From an uncultured delta proteobacterium (GTDB taxonomy: Bacteria; Desulfobacterota; Desulfobacteria; Desulfobacterales; JAHEIW01), in NCBI GenBank assembly GCA_963706575.1, contig CAVPNL010000009.1:32001-96000 (forward strand): DNA of 64,000 nucleotides, read 5' to 3'. This document shows positions 39,407 to 49,522 of the stretch, one piece after another. A program made the position numbers and the translations under genes. The notes beneath the pieces were generated by a model. That model searched no databases and was not told where the DNA came from. It saw only the letters and a list, made by a program, of their open reading frames with translations. Position 1 is the stretch's first letter, and each line of letters begins with the position of its first letter.

Positions 39407-42400
39407 ATGATGAAATTTATCGCTGACCTGCATGTTCATTCGAAATATTCAAGAGCCACCGCCAGGAACCTGGACCTTGAAAACCTGTATATCGCCGCCC
39501 AGCTAAAAGGTGTTACCGTGGTGGGAACCGGCGATTTTACGTATCCGGCTTGGTCTGAAGAAATTTCGGAAAAACTGGTTGAGACCGAACCCGGGCTGTT
39601 TAAATTAAAAGCGGAATTGGCTCGGCAGTGCGACGCCCAGGTGCCGGAGTCCTGCCGAGGGCCGGTTCGCTTTATGCTGGTCACTGAAATCAGCAACATT
39701 TACAAGAAAAACGGTCGAACCCGCAAGAATCACAATCTCGTTTTTGCACCGGACATAGAAGTGGCGCGCCAATTCAGCAACCGGCTGGATAAAATCGGCA
39801 ATATTAAATCCGACGGCCGACCGATTCTGGGGTTGGATGCCCGCGACCTGCTCGAGACCTTGCTTGAAACCTCCCCAGATGCTTTTTTGATTCCGGCCCA
39901 CATCTGGACTCCCTGGTTTTCAGTCTTGGGCTCCAAATCCGGGTTTGACTCCATTGAAGAATGCTTTGAAGATCTAACAGCCCATATTTTTGCGGTCGAA
40001 ACCGGGCTCTCCTCGGACCCGGCCATGAATTGGCGGGTATCCTCACTGGACGGGTTTACCCTGGTGTCCAATTCGGATGCGCATTCCCCTCTTAATCTGG
40101 GACGTGAAGCCAATTTATTCGATACCGAGCTTTCCTATCCGGCCATAAAATCAGCTCTGCAAACCGGCGACCCCGATCAATTTCTGGGGACTTTCGAGTT
40201 TTATCCCGAAGAGGGAAAATATCATATCGACGGACATCGGGCCTGCGACATTTCTTTCTGGCCAGCAACCACCCTAAAACATGACGGAGTGTGCCCGGTA
40301 TGTGGCAAGCCACTGACACTGGGCGTTTTATATCGTGTTGAAGAATTAGCCGACCGTAAAAAAGGCCAAAAACCGTCCCGCAGCGCCCCTTACTTCAGTA
40401 TCATCCAGTTAAAGGATATCTTATCTGAAATATTTCGGGTGGGTCCCAATTCAAAAAGGGTCCAACAGGCCTATCAGGTTGTTTTGGATAGACTGGGTTC
40501 CGAATTCAACATTTTACAAAACCTGGATACCATTGCTATTGAACAGGCCGGCATTTCATTGCTTCCGGAAGCCGTTGAACGCATGCGCCGCCAGGAAATC
40601 AATGTTGTTCCCGGATATGACGGACAATACGGCCGGGTCCAAATTTTTAAAGACCATGAGCGTTCCAGGTTGATGGGGCAGCAATCACTTTTTAAGGTCT
40701 CCATATCGCAGCCCCCCGAACCTGAAAACGACATTGCCCGCGAAGTCGGTCACAGTTTGCCCCCAAAACCTCCCGATACCGGGAACGACAAATTAACTAA
40801 AAATAAAGCCAAAGAGTTGAAGGCCGGGCCGGATATCCTTTTCAACCAGCTAAATGACCGCCAGCACCGGGCAGTGGAACATCCCGATGGGCGCCTGTTG
40901 ATCGTTGCCGGACCCGGCACCGGTAAAACCCGCACACTGACGATGCGTATCGCCCATTTAATGATCCGAAAAGATGTCTCTCCCGACAATATTCTGGCAG
41001 TGACCTTTACCCGTAAAGCCGCCCGGGAAATGCAGCAACGGCTGCGCGCGATTTTAGGCGATGCCCGCAAACGCCCGCTGGTGGCTACGTTTCATTCTCT
41101 GTGCTTTAAAATATTAAACGATCTAAAAAAAGAGGGAATGCAAGCGATCGTTGACGAGGATGAACGCAAAATCTTGCTACGCGAGGCCATTAAACAGGCC
41201 AAGGACCACGGGATTGCGGTTTCTCAAAAACCACAAAAGCTGCTGGACCGGATCATTGCGGCCAAGCAGCAGATTTTGAGTCCGGATGACTTAACCCAAC
41301 CGGAAAATGTCACGGTTGATGCCCGCATGCTGGCCGAGGTGTATCATAGCTACCAGAATCTGTTATCCATTCAAGGATTAAACGATTATGAAGATTTGAT
41401 TTTTAAAGTCGTGCGACTGCTGGAAACCGATTCGATGGTCTGCAAAAGATACCGCAATCAATTTCAGCATATTTTTGTCGATGAATATCAGGATCTAAAC
41501 TACGGTCAGTATCGCATTATCAAGGCACTGGCGCCCCCCAACGCGTCAAATCGGAATCTATGCGTCATCGGCGATCCGGACCAGGCCATTTACGGTTTCA
41601 GGGGATCCGATGTGCGTTACTTTACCCGCTTTGTCGATGATTATCCCGATACCGCTGTTATTCAACTGACCCGCAATTATCGATCGACGGAAACCATTTT
41701 AGATGCGTCGTTTCAGGTGATCCAGGACCATCGGCTGCATGCCGCTGATGCCCGTACTTATTCTGAGAAAGCTGGTGTTAAAACCATCCGCATTCTCGAG
41801 CTTGCCAGCCCAAAGGCCGAGGCCCAAGCTATTGTCAGGATCATTGCGCAATTGGTGGGCGGCACCGGCTATCATTCCATCGATACCGGTCTGGTAGATG
41901 ATGCCAATCTGGCTTCCGCCCGCAGCTATGTGGATTTTGCCGTGCTGGTTCGGACCCATCAGCAGATAAAGAGGATTGGCGAGGTGTTCGATCAGGCCGG
42001 CGTACCCTTTCAGATTGCCAGCCGGCAAAATTCCCTGAAAAGCTGGGGGCTGCCGGAACTGATTTCCATCTTAAAAGTCGTGCAAAGCTGCGGCAGTGAC
42101 GTTGATTTGCACAACAGCCTGCAACTGTTTTCAGTCGGCATCAATAAAACGGCCGCCGAGCATTTTAAATCCTGGTGCTATTCCAAAAAGTTTTCACAGC
42201 AACAGGGTCTGATCAAAGCCAAACGTTTTCCAATTCCGGGCTTAAGCCGTGCCCAACAGCAAAAGCTCATTGATTTTGGCGAACAGTTGACGGGTATCGA
42301 AAACAGGATCGGCGATATGACGGTTGCCGAACAGCTACGGTATCTGTCACAGATTCCACAGCTCAGCGCCATTGTGAATAGCGAGCCCCGAGCCCGCGAG

Positions 42401-42850
42401 GCCTTTAACAGTCTGTTAACCCTGTCAGCGGATTACGGCGATAATATTGCTGAATTTTTAGCGAGTGCAGCTTTAGACACCGATACCGATGCCTATTTGC
42501 CCCAGGCGGAGAAGGTGTCTTTGATGACCATGCATGCGTCCAAGGGATTAGAATTTCCGGTAGTGTTTATCGCCGGCTGTGAAAAGGATTTGATGCCGTT
42601 AAACCGCCAAGGCGCCGAACCGGCCGATCCGGCCGAAGAGCGCCGCCTTTTTTATGTGGCCATGACCCGGGCCATGGAGCGGTTGTACCTGACCCGGGCC
42701 AAAAAGCGCAGCGTTTACGGCGAACTCCTGCCCCGATCCCTATCCCCCTTTGTAGCCGACATTGAAAACCGCCTAAAAAAAGATGATTCTCCAAAGCGCC
42801 AAAAGAAAAAAAAGAAGGAAGACAACCAAAAGCAGCTCAAGCTTTTTTGA
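39407..42850 (+). CDS. Endonuclease Q-like PHP domain fused to a UvrD/PcrA superfamily I helicase
   Basis: N-terminal DLHVHS, HIWTPWF, NSDAHS, GKYH.DGHR.C..CPVC; C-terminal GPGTGKT, DEYQD, RNYRS, TMHASKGLEF, EERRLFYVAMTRA. Confidence 0.93.
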   Translation: MMKFIADLHVHSKYSRATARNLDLENLYIAAQLKGVTVVGTGDFTYPAWSEEISEKLVETEPGLFKLKAELARQCDAQVPESCRGPVRFMLVTEISNIYKKNGRTRKNHNLVFAPDIEVARQFSNRLDKIGNIKSDGRPILGLDARDLLETLLETSPDAFLIPAHIWTPWFSVLGSKSGFDSIEECFEDLTAHIFAVETGLSSDPAMNWRVSSLDGFTLVSNSDAHSPLNLGREANLFDTELSYPAIKSALQTGDPDQFLGTFEFYPEEGKYHIDGHRACDISFWPATTLKHDGVCPVCGKPLTLGVLYRVEELADRKKGQKPSRSAPYFSIIQLKDILSEIFRVGPNSKRVQQAYQVVLDRLGSEFNILQNLDTIAIEQAGISLLPEAVERMRRQEINVVPGYDGQYGRVQIFKDHERSRLMGQQSLFKVSISQPPEPENDIAREVGHSLPPKPPDTGNDKLTKNKAKELKAGPDILFNQLNDRQHRAVEHPDGRLLIVAGPGTGKTRTLTMRIAHLMIRKDVSPDNILAVTFTRKAAREMQQRLRAILGDARKRPLVATFHSLCFKILNDLKKEGMQAIVDEDERKILLREAIKQAKDHGIAVSQKPQKLLDRIIAAKQQILSPDDLTQPENVTVDARMLAEVYHSYQNLLSIQGLNDYEDLIFKVVRLLETDSMVCKRYRNQFQHIFVDEYQDLNYGQYRIIKALAPPNASNRNLCVIGDPDQAIYGFRGSDVRYFTRFVDDYPDTAVIQLTRNYRSTETILDASFQVIQDHRLHAADARTYSEKAGVKTIRILELASPKAEAQAIVRIIAQLVGGTGYHSIDTGLVDDANLASARSYVDFAVLVRTHQQIKRIGEVFDQAGVPFQIASRQNSLKSWGLPELISILKVVQSCGSDVDLHNSLQLFSVGINKTAAEHFKSWCYSKKFSQQQGLIKAKRFPIPGLSRAQQQKLIDFGEQLTGIENRIGDMTVAEQLRYLSQIPQLSAIVNSEPRAREAFNSLLTLSADYGDNIAEFLASAALDTDTDAYLPQAEKVSLMTMHASKGLEFPVVFIAGCEKDLMPLNRQGAEPADPAEERRLFYVAMTRAMERLYLTRAKKRSVYGELLPRSLSPFVADIENRLKKDDSPKRQKKKKKEDNQKQLKLF

Positions 42851-42899
42851 TATGCATGGCGCATAGCGTCAGTAGAAATTTATTAAAAAAGATTTTCAT

Positions 42900-42927
42900 T
42901 AAAGATCTTGTTTCATTTTGTCGATAT
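42900..42927 (+). promoter_or_regulatory. Candidate sigma28 promoter
   Basis: TAAA-N16-GTCGATAT upstream of the lytic transglycosylase gene. Confidence 0.55.
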
Positions 42928-43173
42928 TTACTATTAGAATAATAATCGGCCGGCTTAGATGTACTCCCCCTTGGGCCAGGCAGTTTTGGTACACACAAGA
43001 TATGGTGGGGGGGTAACTGAACATACTATAATCATTATATATTATTATAATTTTCTTGAGTTTCGACCCGAAGTATTGTAAAATTTAAGATATCCGGTGT
43101 CGGGCGAACAATCCAAGGGGGCCCTTGCTTTTGGGGGGCGGCGCAATAGGATTTGAATGGGTTTCGAGGTATA

Positions 43174-43773
43174 ATGAACGGACGCGGAATTAAATTTTTT
43201 CAAATCGTTCTTTTCGGCATACTTTTCACTTTGATTGCAGCTGTTTCGTCGGTGAATGCAGATATTTTTATGTATATCGATGAAAACGGAGTGATGCATT
43301 TTACCAACGCACCGACATCCAATGAATACGATTACAAGGTCTATATCAAAGAAAAAACCGCCGTTTCCAGAAACTTTCACTCCACCAACAAGTACGACCA
43401 CTTCATTTCGAACGCCGCCGAGCAAACCGGTGTCGACTCTCGCCTCTTGAAAGCCATGATTAAAGCCGAATCAGACTTTGACCCGCGGGCCGTTTCCCGC
43501 AAAGGCGCCATGGGCCTGATGCAAATCATGCCGGAAAACTTCAAAATGCTGAATTTAGAAAATCCCTTTGATCCCTGGCAAAACATCAGAGCCGGCGCGC
43601 AATACTTTCAAAAAATGTATGAACGCTTTAACGGCAAGCTGGCACTGTCCCTGGCGGCTTACAACGCCGGACCCACTGCAGTCGACCGTTACAAAAGAAT
43701 TCCGCCTTACCAGGAAACCGAAGAATATGTGCGCCGGGTTCTGAGGTATTATCGAACCTTCAAACAACTCTAG
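43174..43773 (+). CDS. Lytic transglycosylase (SLT domain) with N-terminal DUF4124-like domain
   Basis: Signal peptide, YIDENGVMHFTN, AES.FDP.AVS.KGAMGLMQ, AAYNAG, ETEEYV; GAGG SD before ATG 43174. Confidence 0.93.
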   Translation: MNGRGIKFFQIVLFGILFTLIAAVSSVNADIFMYIDENGVMHFTNAPTSNEYDYKVYIKEKTAVSRNFHSTNKYDHFISNAAEQTGVDSRLLKAMIKAESDFDPRAVSRKGAMGLMQIMPENFKMLNLENPFDPWQNIRAGAQYFQKMYERFNGKLALSLAAYNAGPTAVDRYKRIPPYQETEEYVRRVLRYYRTFKQL

Positions 43774-43790
43774 AACCCATCTCAAAAATA
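43771..43790. repeat. Solo copy of the MITE end TAGAACCCATCTCAAAAATA
   Basis: 20 of 20 identical to 49961-49980; its TAG is the stop codon of the SLT gene. Confidence 0.8.
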
Positions 43791-43795
43791 CCAAC

Positions 43796-44917
43796 TTAAT
43801 TTTTAATCTTCTTTTGCAACAGCAGTTCGATGAGGGTCCGGCCAACTTGGGCATTGTCCTGAATACCGCTGAAGCGAGTACTTCCTACACCATAGGCAAA
43901 TAGCGGCACCATCGAGGCGGTATGTCCGGTGGTGGTAAAAGCGGTTGCGTCGACCCGCATGTTTTGAACTGATCCGTCGTGCACGGCCAGGCCGCCGGTT
44001 TCATGATCGGCAGTTACCACAATCAGCGTGCGGCCGCTTTTCTGAGCAAATTCGAGCCCTGCGCCTACAGCGTCATCAAAATCGATCAATTCAGCAATGA
44101 GGTATTGCGGATCATGATCATGGGCGGCCGTGTCGATCTGGGAGCCTTCCACCACAAGTACAAATCCATCGCGGTTTTTTGAAAGGATACGAATGGCAAT
44201 CTGGGTCAGCCGGGACAGGGAATAATCACGATCGACGGCTTTTGGCAGGCTACCGGGTGCTAGCAGTGCGGCCAGTTTTTGGGTGTCGATGTGTTTGGAT
44301 AACGTATCATAGGTGAGTATCACCGGCATGCGGGTTTCAAGCGTGGACAGCAGGTTTTTTTGATCTTTGCGCTTGCTTCCGTAGTTATTGGCGGGCACAA
44401 AATACGCCCAGCCCCCGCCGAAGAGAACATCAATGTCGCTGTTTACGATTTGTTCGGCGATATCGGTCTGCTGGCGGCGGTCGTCAGCGTGGGCCAGAAA
44501 TGCGGCCGGTGTGGCATGGGTAACCGATTTGGTTGCCACCACCCCGATTGATTTGCCCTGCTCCTTTGCATATTCAAAAAGCGTTTTTAATGGTTCCTTC
44601 TCCACTGAAACAGAGATGGCGCGGTTGTTGGTTTTATAACCGGTTGCCAGCGCAGTGGCCGCAGCGGCTGATTCGGTTATCAGCCGGTTGGCGGAATGCG
44701 TGGTCACCAGGCCCACGGTAGAAAATCGTTCCAGGTTAATGTTGCCACGGGCGATTTTTCCGGCGGTGATGTGTGACACACCCATGCCGTCGCCGATAAA
44801 CAAAATAATGTTTTCAGGGTAATCGTTGTCTGCGGCACAGCCCAACAGCAGAAACACGCAAAACAGGCTCATGTGCAAAAGACGGCGTGGCTTTTTTAAG
44901 TTCAACGGGGATGTCAA
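43796..44917 (-). CDS. phoA: Alkaline phosphatase, PhoA family, probable lipoprotein
   Basis: LLG-C lipobox, GDGMG, TESAAAATA (catalytic Ser), HATPA, EGSQID.AAH, TADHETGG. Confidence 0.92.
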   Translation of the reverse strand: MTSPLNLKKPRRLLHMSLFCVFLLLGCAADNDYPENIILFIGDGMGVSHITAGKIARGNINLERFSTVGLVTTHSANRLITESAAAATALATGYKTNNRAISVSVEKEPLKTLFEYAKEQGKSIGVVATKSVTHATPAAFLAHADDRRQQTDIAEQIVNSDIDVLFGGGWAYFVPANNYGSKRKDQKNLLSTLETRMPVILTYDTLSKHIDTQKLAALLAPGSLPKAVDRDYSLSRLTQIAIRILSKNRDGFVLVVEGSQIDTAAHDHDPQYLIAELIDFDDAVGAGLEFAQKSGRTLIVVTADHETGGLAVHDGSVQNMRVDATAFTTTGHTASMVPLFAYGVGSTRFSGIQDNAQVGRTLIELLLQKKIKN

Positions 44918-44919
44918 TT

Positions 44920-45348
44920 TTATTTTCCCCTTGGCGCGACCCTGACCTGCATCATGACCTCACCGTATCCGAGGCATTCAACACCAGCATCAAGACATCT
45001 GACATGGCGCATGAAATGGAAATCATTGGGATCAAGAGCTTCACTTAATCTCTCATTGATTAAGGCCACCGGAATTGCCAATTGTGATATCAGATAGACG
45101 CACATTTTCTTAGGACATAATTTTGTTATAAAGTTACCATCCACATCCAGAATAAATTTTTGTCCGACCTGGTGTCCGGAGTTGCAGTGTTGGGCGCCGA
45201 CAACCTCTGCTTCAATGGTGTAATGTGGGGCCGCCAGAGAGAGACGTTCGACCTGCCTAATCCGGTGCCCGCCCTTATGGAATGAATCCAGCTGTGATTG
45301 GGTATAACCCACCCGTTGTCCATATTTTTCAATGATGTCTTTTACCAT
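44920..45348 (-). CDS. Cys-rich hypothetical protein (TIGR04076-like pattern)
   Basis: CxxGH.VG.KF ... C ... CxD..xC..G.V pattern. Confidence 0.6.
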   Translation of the reverse strand: MVKDIIEKYGQRVGYTQSQLDSFHKGGHRIRQVERLSLAAPHYTIEAEVVGAQHCNSGHQVGQKFILDVDGNFITKLCPKKMCVYLISQLAIPVALINERLSEALDPNDFHFMRHVRCLDAGVECLGYGEVMMQVRVAPRGK

Positions 45349-45367
45349 TCTTTCGCTATTCTCTCCT

Positions 45368-46003
45368 TCAATAAGTTAAGAGGGGTGTTTTTGATAAATA
45401 CGCCTTCTCTTTGATTTCGTTTAAAATAAAATGGGCCACATCGGCACGTGATATTTTTCCGGCTTTGACACCTTCAAGATCGACTAGCACCCGGTAGTTT
45501 TCTGTAAGCGGCCCGTTGGTGAGAAATCCCGGGCGAACAATGACCCACTCCAGATTAGAATTACGCACCAGTGCCTCCTGGCGCGCTTTATCTTCATATA
45601 TGGTTTTTAGCAAAAGTGGATTAAAGATTCGGTCGTAAAAAAAGCCGCCGTGATTTTTGCTGTCGCCGGCGCCGATACCGGTGACACATATCAGCTGATT
45701 TGCATCTGAATTCGCCAGGGCTTCGATAACGGTTTTAGCACCTTCTGAAAATACGGTAACGGGCTTGCGGGTCGGATTGATACCGATAGTGATGCACACC
45801 GCGTCCTGATCTTCAACCGCGCGGTTGACAGCCTCGCTGTCGCGGATATCGCCTTTAATCACGCTCAGCCGGTCTTGGCTAACCGGCAGCCGTCCGGGAT
45901 CGCGAACCAATGCCCTAACCGTATGGCCCTCATCAAGGGCCAGTTCAACAAGGCGGCGGCCGATTCCGCGAGTTGCGCCAATAACCAAAAGCTTCATATG
46001 CAT
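45368..46003 (-). CDS. NAD(P)H-binding atypical SDR (flavin/biliverdin reductase-like)
   Basis: GATRGIG, ALVRDP, W.IVRPG.L, ISRADVA. Confidence 0.9.
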   Translation of the reverse strand: MHMKLLVIGATRGIGRRLVELALDEGHTVRALVRDPGRLPVSQDRLSVIKGDIRDSEAVNRAVEDQDAVCITIGINPTRKPVTVFSEGAKTVIEALANSDANQLICVTGIGAGDSKNHGGFFYDRIFNPLLLKTIYEDKARQEALVRNSNLEWVIVRPGFLTNGPLTENYRVLVDLEGVKAGKISRADVAHFILNEIKEKAYLSKTPLLTY

Positions 46004-46015
46004 GCCTTCCTTCGC

Positions 46016-46762
46016 TTAGTTCAGTTTTTGGGGGAGCTGTTCCAGGAGAACCCATTTTACCGTAACGCGGCGAATCAGCTCCGGCCAGAGTTCGGATGGA
46101 TTTTGTGAAAAAACCGATTCCGCGTCCGCCTTTATAACATGCCAATCTCCGCGGGTTCTCTCAAAATCGAGTTGACTGGGTGCCCAGCCGGCATAACCGG
46201 CAAACAGCCGAAAGCGCTGCTCTTTGGTTGCCTTTTTTTTCATCAGGTGCTCGAGCACTTTCCAGCTGGAGCTGATGTAGACATCGGGAGCGACGGCGGT
46301 CGCATCTTCAGGCACTTTGGATGATCGGATAAGCAACAGCATCTGGTTTACGGCCACCGGCCCGCCAACGTAAATGGTATCTTTGAGCTGTTTTAGCTCC
46401 TTGATATCCGGAAATACCGTCGCCAGTTTTACCGTTGAAGGGCGGTTGATTACCAGCCCCATGGCACCGTCCAGTCCGTACTCGATCAGAAGCACCACGG
46501 TTTCCCGAAAATTTGGATCCTGGAGCTGGCGACTGGCCACCAGAAATTTTCCTTTCGCCAATTCTTCCCTGGATTCCGGCCTGCCGGGTCTTTCTTTGGG
46601 AATAGCGGCATTGAATCCCGGGCGCGCGGGATGGGGTTCGGTGGATTCCGCTGCTAAATGTGGGATTAAAAAAGGTGTTGCCTGCAAGATCAGGATCGCC
46701 AGCAGGAAATGGAATACCAGCAGTTGTGTCAGACGTTTGTTTCGGTATCTGGCGGGATTCAG
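46016..46762 (-). CDS. YqgE/AlgH (DUF179) family protein with putative signal peptide; probable CTG start at 46762
   Basis: LVA...L.DPNF.ETVVLL, GAMGLVINRP, GGPV, GYAGW..QL..E...GDW. The frame is open 25 codons upstream of the track start. Confidence 0.85.
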   Translation of the reverse strand: MNPARYRNKRLTQLLVFHFLLAILILQATPFLIPHLAAESTEPHPARPGFNAAIPKERPGRPESREELAKGKFLVASRQLQDPNFRETVVLLIEYGLDGAMGLVINRPSTVKLATVFPDIKELKQLKDTIYVGGPVAVNQMLLLIRSSKVPEDATAVAPDVYISSSWKVLEHLMKKKATKEQRFRLFAGYAGWAPSQLDFERTRGDWHVIKADAESVFSQNPSELWPELIRRVTVKWVLLEQLPQKLN

Positions 46763-46882
46763 TCTTACCCCCCCTTTCTATCTTAATAACTTGGGGATGA
46801 CAGTGGAGATATCAAGGTTCGGTTTTAACAGGAAATGAATCGGCGCGTCAAGATGGCAGAAGCGGTAGGGTGTGGCCCTGTT

Positions 46883-47411
46883 TTATTCGCTGAATCCCAG
46901 ACCTTTAAAGCCCTCTAAATGCGCCTGCTTGACCCGCCACGTGCCGTCTTTTTTCAGCAGCTGAAGCTTAATCTGGAATAGATCCGCATTTTCCCCCACC
47001 GTTTCAAGCCAGCGCCGGGGTTCTTCGTAGAGATCTTTTACGTCGGGAATCGTGCGATCCTTTTTGACGATCAGCAAATAGATCATGCAGGTAGCGCTGT
47101 TGTCTGTGGCTGAAATATCAACGGAGGGCTTCGGATACAGGACCTTCAGTTTGCCATAGTGCATTAGGGCCGCGAAGATGAATGCGCTTGATTTCTAACC
47201 GATTGTGATGGCCCGGAAGGGCCACAACATCTTCGGTGGTCAGCTCCATAATTCCACTGATATTGTGGTCTTCGGCCAGTTTGGCACCTTCTTTAATCAA
47301 TGCGCGGATGACCTGCACATCATCTTTTTGCGAGCAGGCCGCCGCCAAAAAAAAGAAGAAAAATACCATCCAGAGTATCATCATTTGTGTCAGGGTTTTT
47401 CTATCCATCAT
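46883..47411 (-). pseudogene. Frameshifted lipoprotein gene (NTF2/SnoaL-like fold)
   Basis: ORF from 47411 (lipobox AAA-C) joins ORF 46883-47164 if one base at about 47181-47182 is removed, giving ...IKRIIFAALMHYGKLKV...; ends GTWRV. Confidence 0.75.
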
Positions 47412-47428
47412 CTTATCCCCTTTAAAAT

Positions 47429-47794
47429 TCATATCCAAACGTTATCTTCCGCGGTTAAATCACCACCTGTATCGCCGGTGTTTATCGTACCTGTTGGTTC
47501 AACCAGCATTATTTCACATTGTTTTTCAGCATATGGTTTATGCTCAACCCCCTTGGGAACAATAAATAATTCTCCGTGTTTCAATTCGATTTTTCCATCA
47601 CGGAAATCAATAGACATCTTGCCGTCAAGTACGATAAAAACTTCATCGGTGTCATCATGGCGATGCCAGATGAAGTCGCCTTGAAATTTCACAAGCTTGA
47701 AATGATAGTCATTCATCTGGGCAATGATTTTAGGTGACCAGTGGTCGGAGAATTTGGCGAGTTTTTCGCGAAGATTGATGGGCTTAAACTCCAT
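47429..47794 (-). CDS. Cupin domain protein
   Basis: [29 protein letters not shown]. Confidence 0.92.
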   Translation of the reverse strand: MEFKPINLREKLAKFSDHWSPKIIAQMNDYHFKLVKFQGDFIWHRHDDTDEVFIVLDGKMSIDFRDGKIELKHGELFIVPKGVEHKPYAEKQCEIMLVEPTGTINTGDTGGDLTAEDNVWI

Positions 47795-48091
47795 TTTTCC
47801 TCCATATCGTTGCTAGGTAACGTCAGGCTTAAGATGCCGTGCATTTAGAATATGTTACCGAACAATAGGACCAAAAGTGTATACTTGGCAAGAGGGATTT
47901 CGTTGATGTGGCGAAGAACAATCCACGGGAATCAAATTTTTTGCTACTGATTGATGATGGATCCGACGCTACAGCGTAGGTGGCTGTCAGATTCCTACCG
48001 ACATGAAAGTGATATTCACTACCGCTTCTTCGCTAAACTCCTGAATGGCGACAGATATCATCCCGTTCTTCTTTTCTGCTTAGCGAATCAG

Positions 48092-49336
48092 CTATTTAAA
48101 CAGACGAAGTGTCATCGGATACCGAAAGTCCTCACCCTCATTGGCCTTGATACCACCGATGATGATCATAATCAGGCCGAATATCACCAGCGCAAAAATG
48201 AGGAAAAACCCGATGATGATGATACACAAAAGAAACGAAATCAAAGAGTAGATCATCAAGGTGATCTGAAAGTTAAGGGATTCCTTGGCCTGTTCGACGA
48301 CAAAGTCGGATTCGTGTTTCTTTATTTGCCAGATAACGATGGGGGCGATGATATTGCCCAGGGGCACAAACATGGAAGAAAAGGTGCCGATGTGGGCAAA
48401 CATGGCCCACTGGCGCTCCTCTTTTTCGGTAATGGGTTCGCCTCGATGGATTTGCTTATAGTTTTGACGTTTGACCAGAACCACCAGCGCCATTACCGGA
48501 CCGGCGATAAAACCCAGAAAAAACAACCCCAATACCCAAACCATGCTTTTTATCAACTCAGCTATATCAAACTGTCGAATCAGCAGCCCATCGCCGCTCG
48601 GAATTTCACCGTCAACGATGGCGCTGTAGGTACCGAGGGTGTCGAATTGAACCTTTGCGATCGCCTGCCGTACGGTTGTGCCGAAATTCTCTGTTCCTGA
48701 AAATTCAGGCCGCTTTAATGCTAATTCATATCCGGTGACAAGATCCATAATGGTGACACCGAAATTCCGGCCCAATTGATTGTTGGCCATATTGAAAGCG
48801 GTAAAGGCGTTTGTTTCGTAATAAATTAAATAAGTACCGGGTTTGTTGATCTGAAGGTCTGTTTCACCCGGCACCATCAACCGCGTTCCGCCGGAAAGAT
48901 ATGATTGAAAGACGCTGTACATGCTGATCACACCGGCAATCATGGGAACTGTAAAAACCAAAATGGCAGCTATATACCAAAACCTTTTGGGGCGAATGTC
49001 TGCCGGTGCTATCTCGGGTTTAGCCTTCGCAGGCGGCGCCTGAACCGTATGGCCCGGCTCTGATTTAGGCGGCAGCGGCGGCGGCGTCTTGGCACTGCAA
49101 TCATCCACCTGCGTGATTGTGCAATCCGCACCGGCTTCTTTTAAGGCATTATTGATTTTAATGACGGTCTGGTGATCGACATTTTTTTTAATTAAAAAGC
49201 GGTCGCCTGAAAAAAGTTTGTATATTTTTTCTTCGTTTGCTTTCAGCAGTTTGGCCAGGTTCGCTTTGACCTCATCGATATCCCATCCCGGGATGATTTG
49301 TCCTGTGAATTCGAGATTATATAGCTTTTCTACCAT
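48092..49336 (-). CDS. Membrane protein with C-terminal DUF4870 domain
   Basis: C-terminal ERQWAMFAH..APIVIW...QAKESLNFQIT...KANEG..FRYP; N-terminal cytoplasmic domain, Pro-rich linker, two further TMs. Confidence 0.85.
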   Translation of the reverse strand: MVEKLYNLEFTGQIIPGWDIDEVKANLAKLLKANEEKIYKLFSGDRFLIKKNVDHQTVIKINNALKEAGADCTITQVDDCSAKTPPPLPPKSEPGHTVQAPPAKAKPEIAPADIRPKRFWYIAAILVFTVPMIAGVISMYSVFQSYLSGGTRLMVPGETDLQINKPGTYLIYYETNAFTAFNMANNQLGRNFGVTIMDLVTGYELALKRPEFSGTENFGTTVRQAIAKVQFDTLGTYSAIVDGEIPSGDGLLIRQFDIAELIKSMVWVLGLFFLGFIAGPVMALVVLVKRQNYKQIHRGEPITEKEERQWAMFAHIGTFSSMFVPLGNIIAPIVIWQIKKHESDFVVEQAKESLNFQITLMIYSLISFLLCIIIIGFFLIFALVIFGLIMIIIGGIKANEGEDFRYPMTLRLFK

Positions 49337-49522
49337 TTTGGGTCCTTTATGTCCGCAGTGATTATGCCCCTGTGCGGGCAGGGGCGGGACCTGTGGGCTC
49401 CAATTTTATCTTCGGTCGAAAAGAGGAAATTGTTTAGGCCTTTTTCAATTTTGACGTGTTTGAGCACATCTGTTATATTTTCCAGCTGTTATTCATCTAT
49501 TTGATAAAGAGGAGGTCATCTC

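Noticed and set aside
47951..48700. 249-aa plus-strand ORF
   Set aside because: Antisense to the DUF4870 gene; its D/Q/K-rich composition is the expected mirror of hydrophobic codons.
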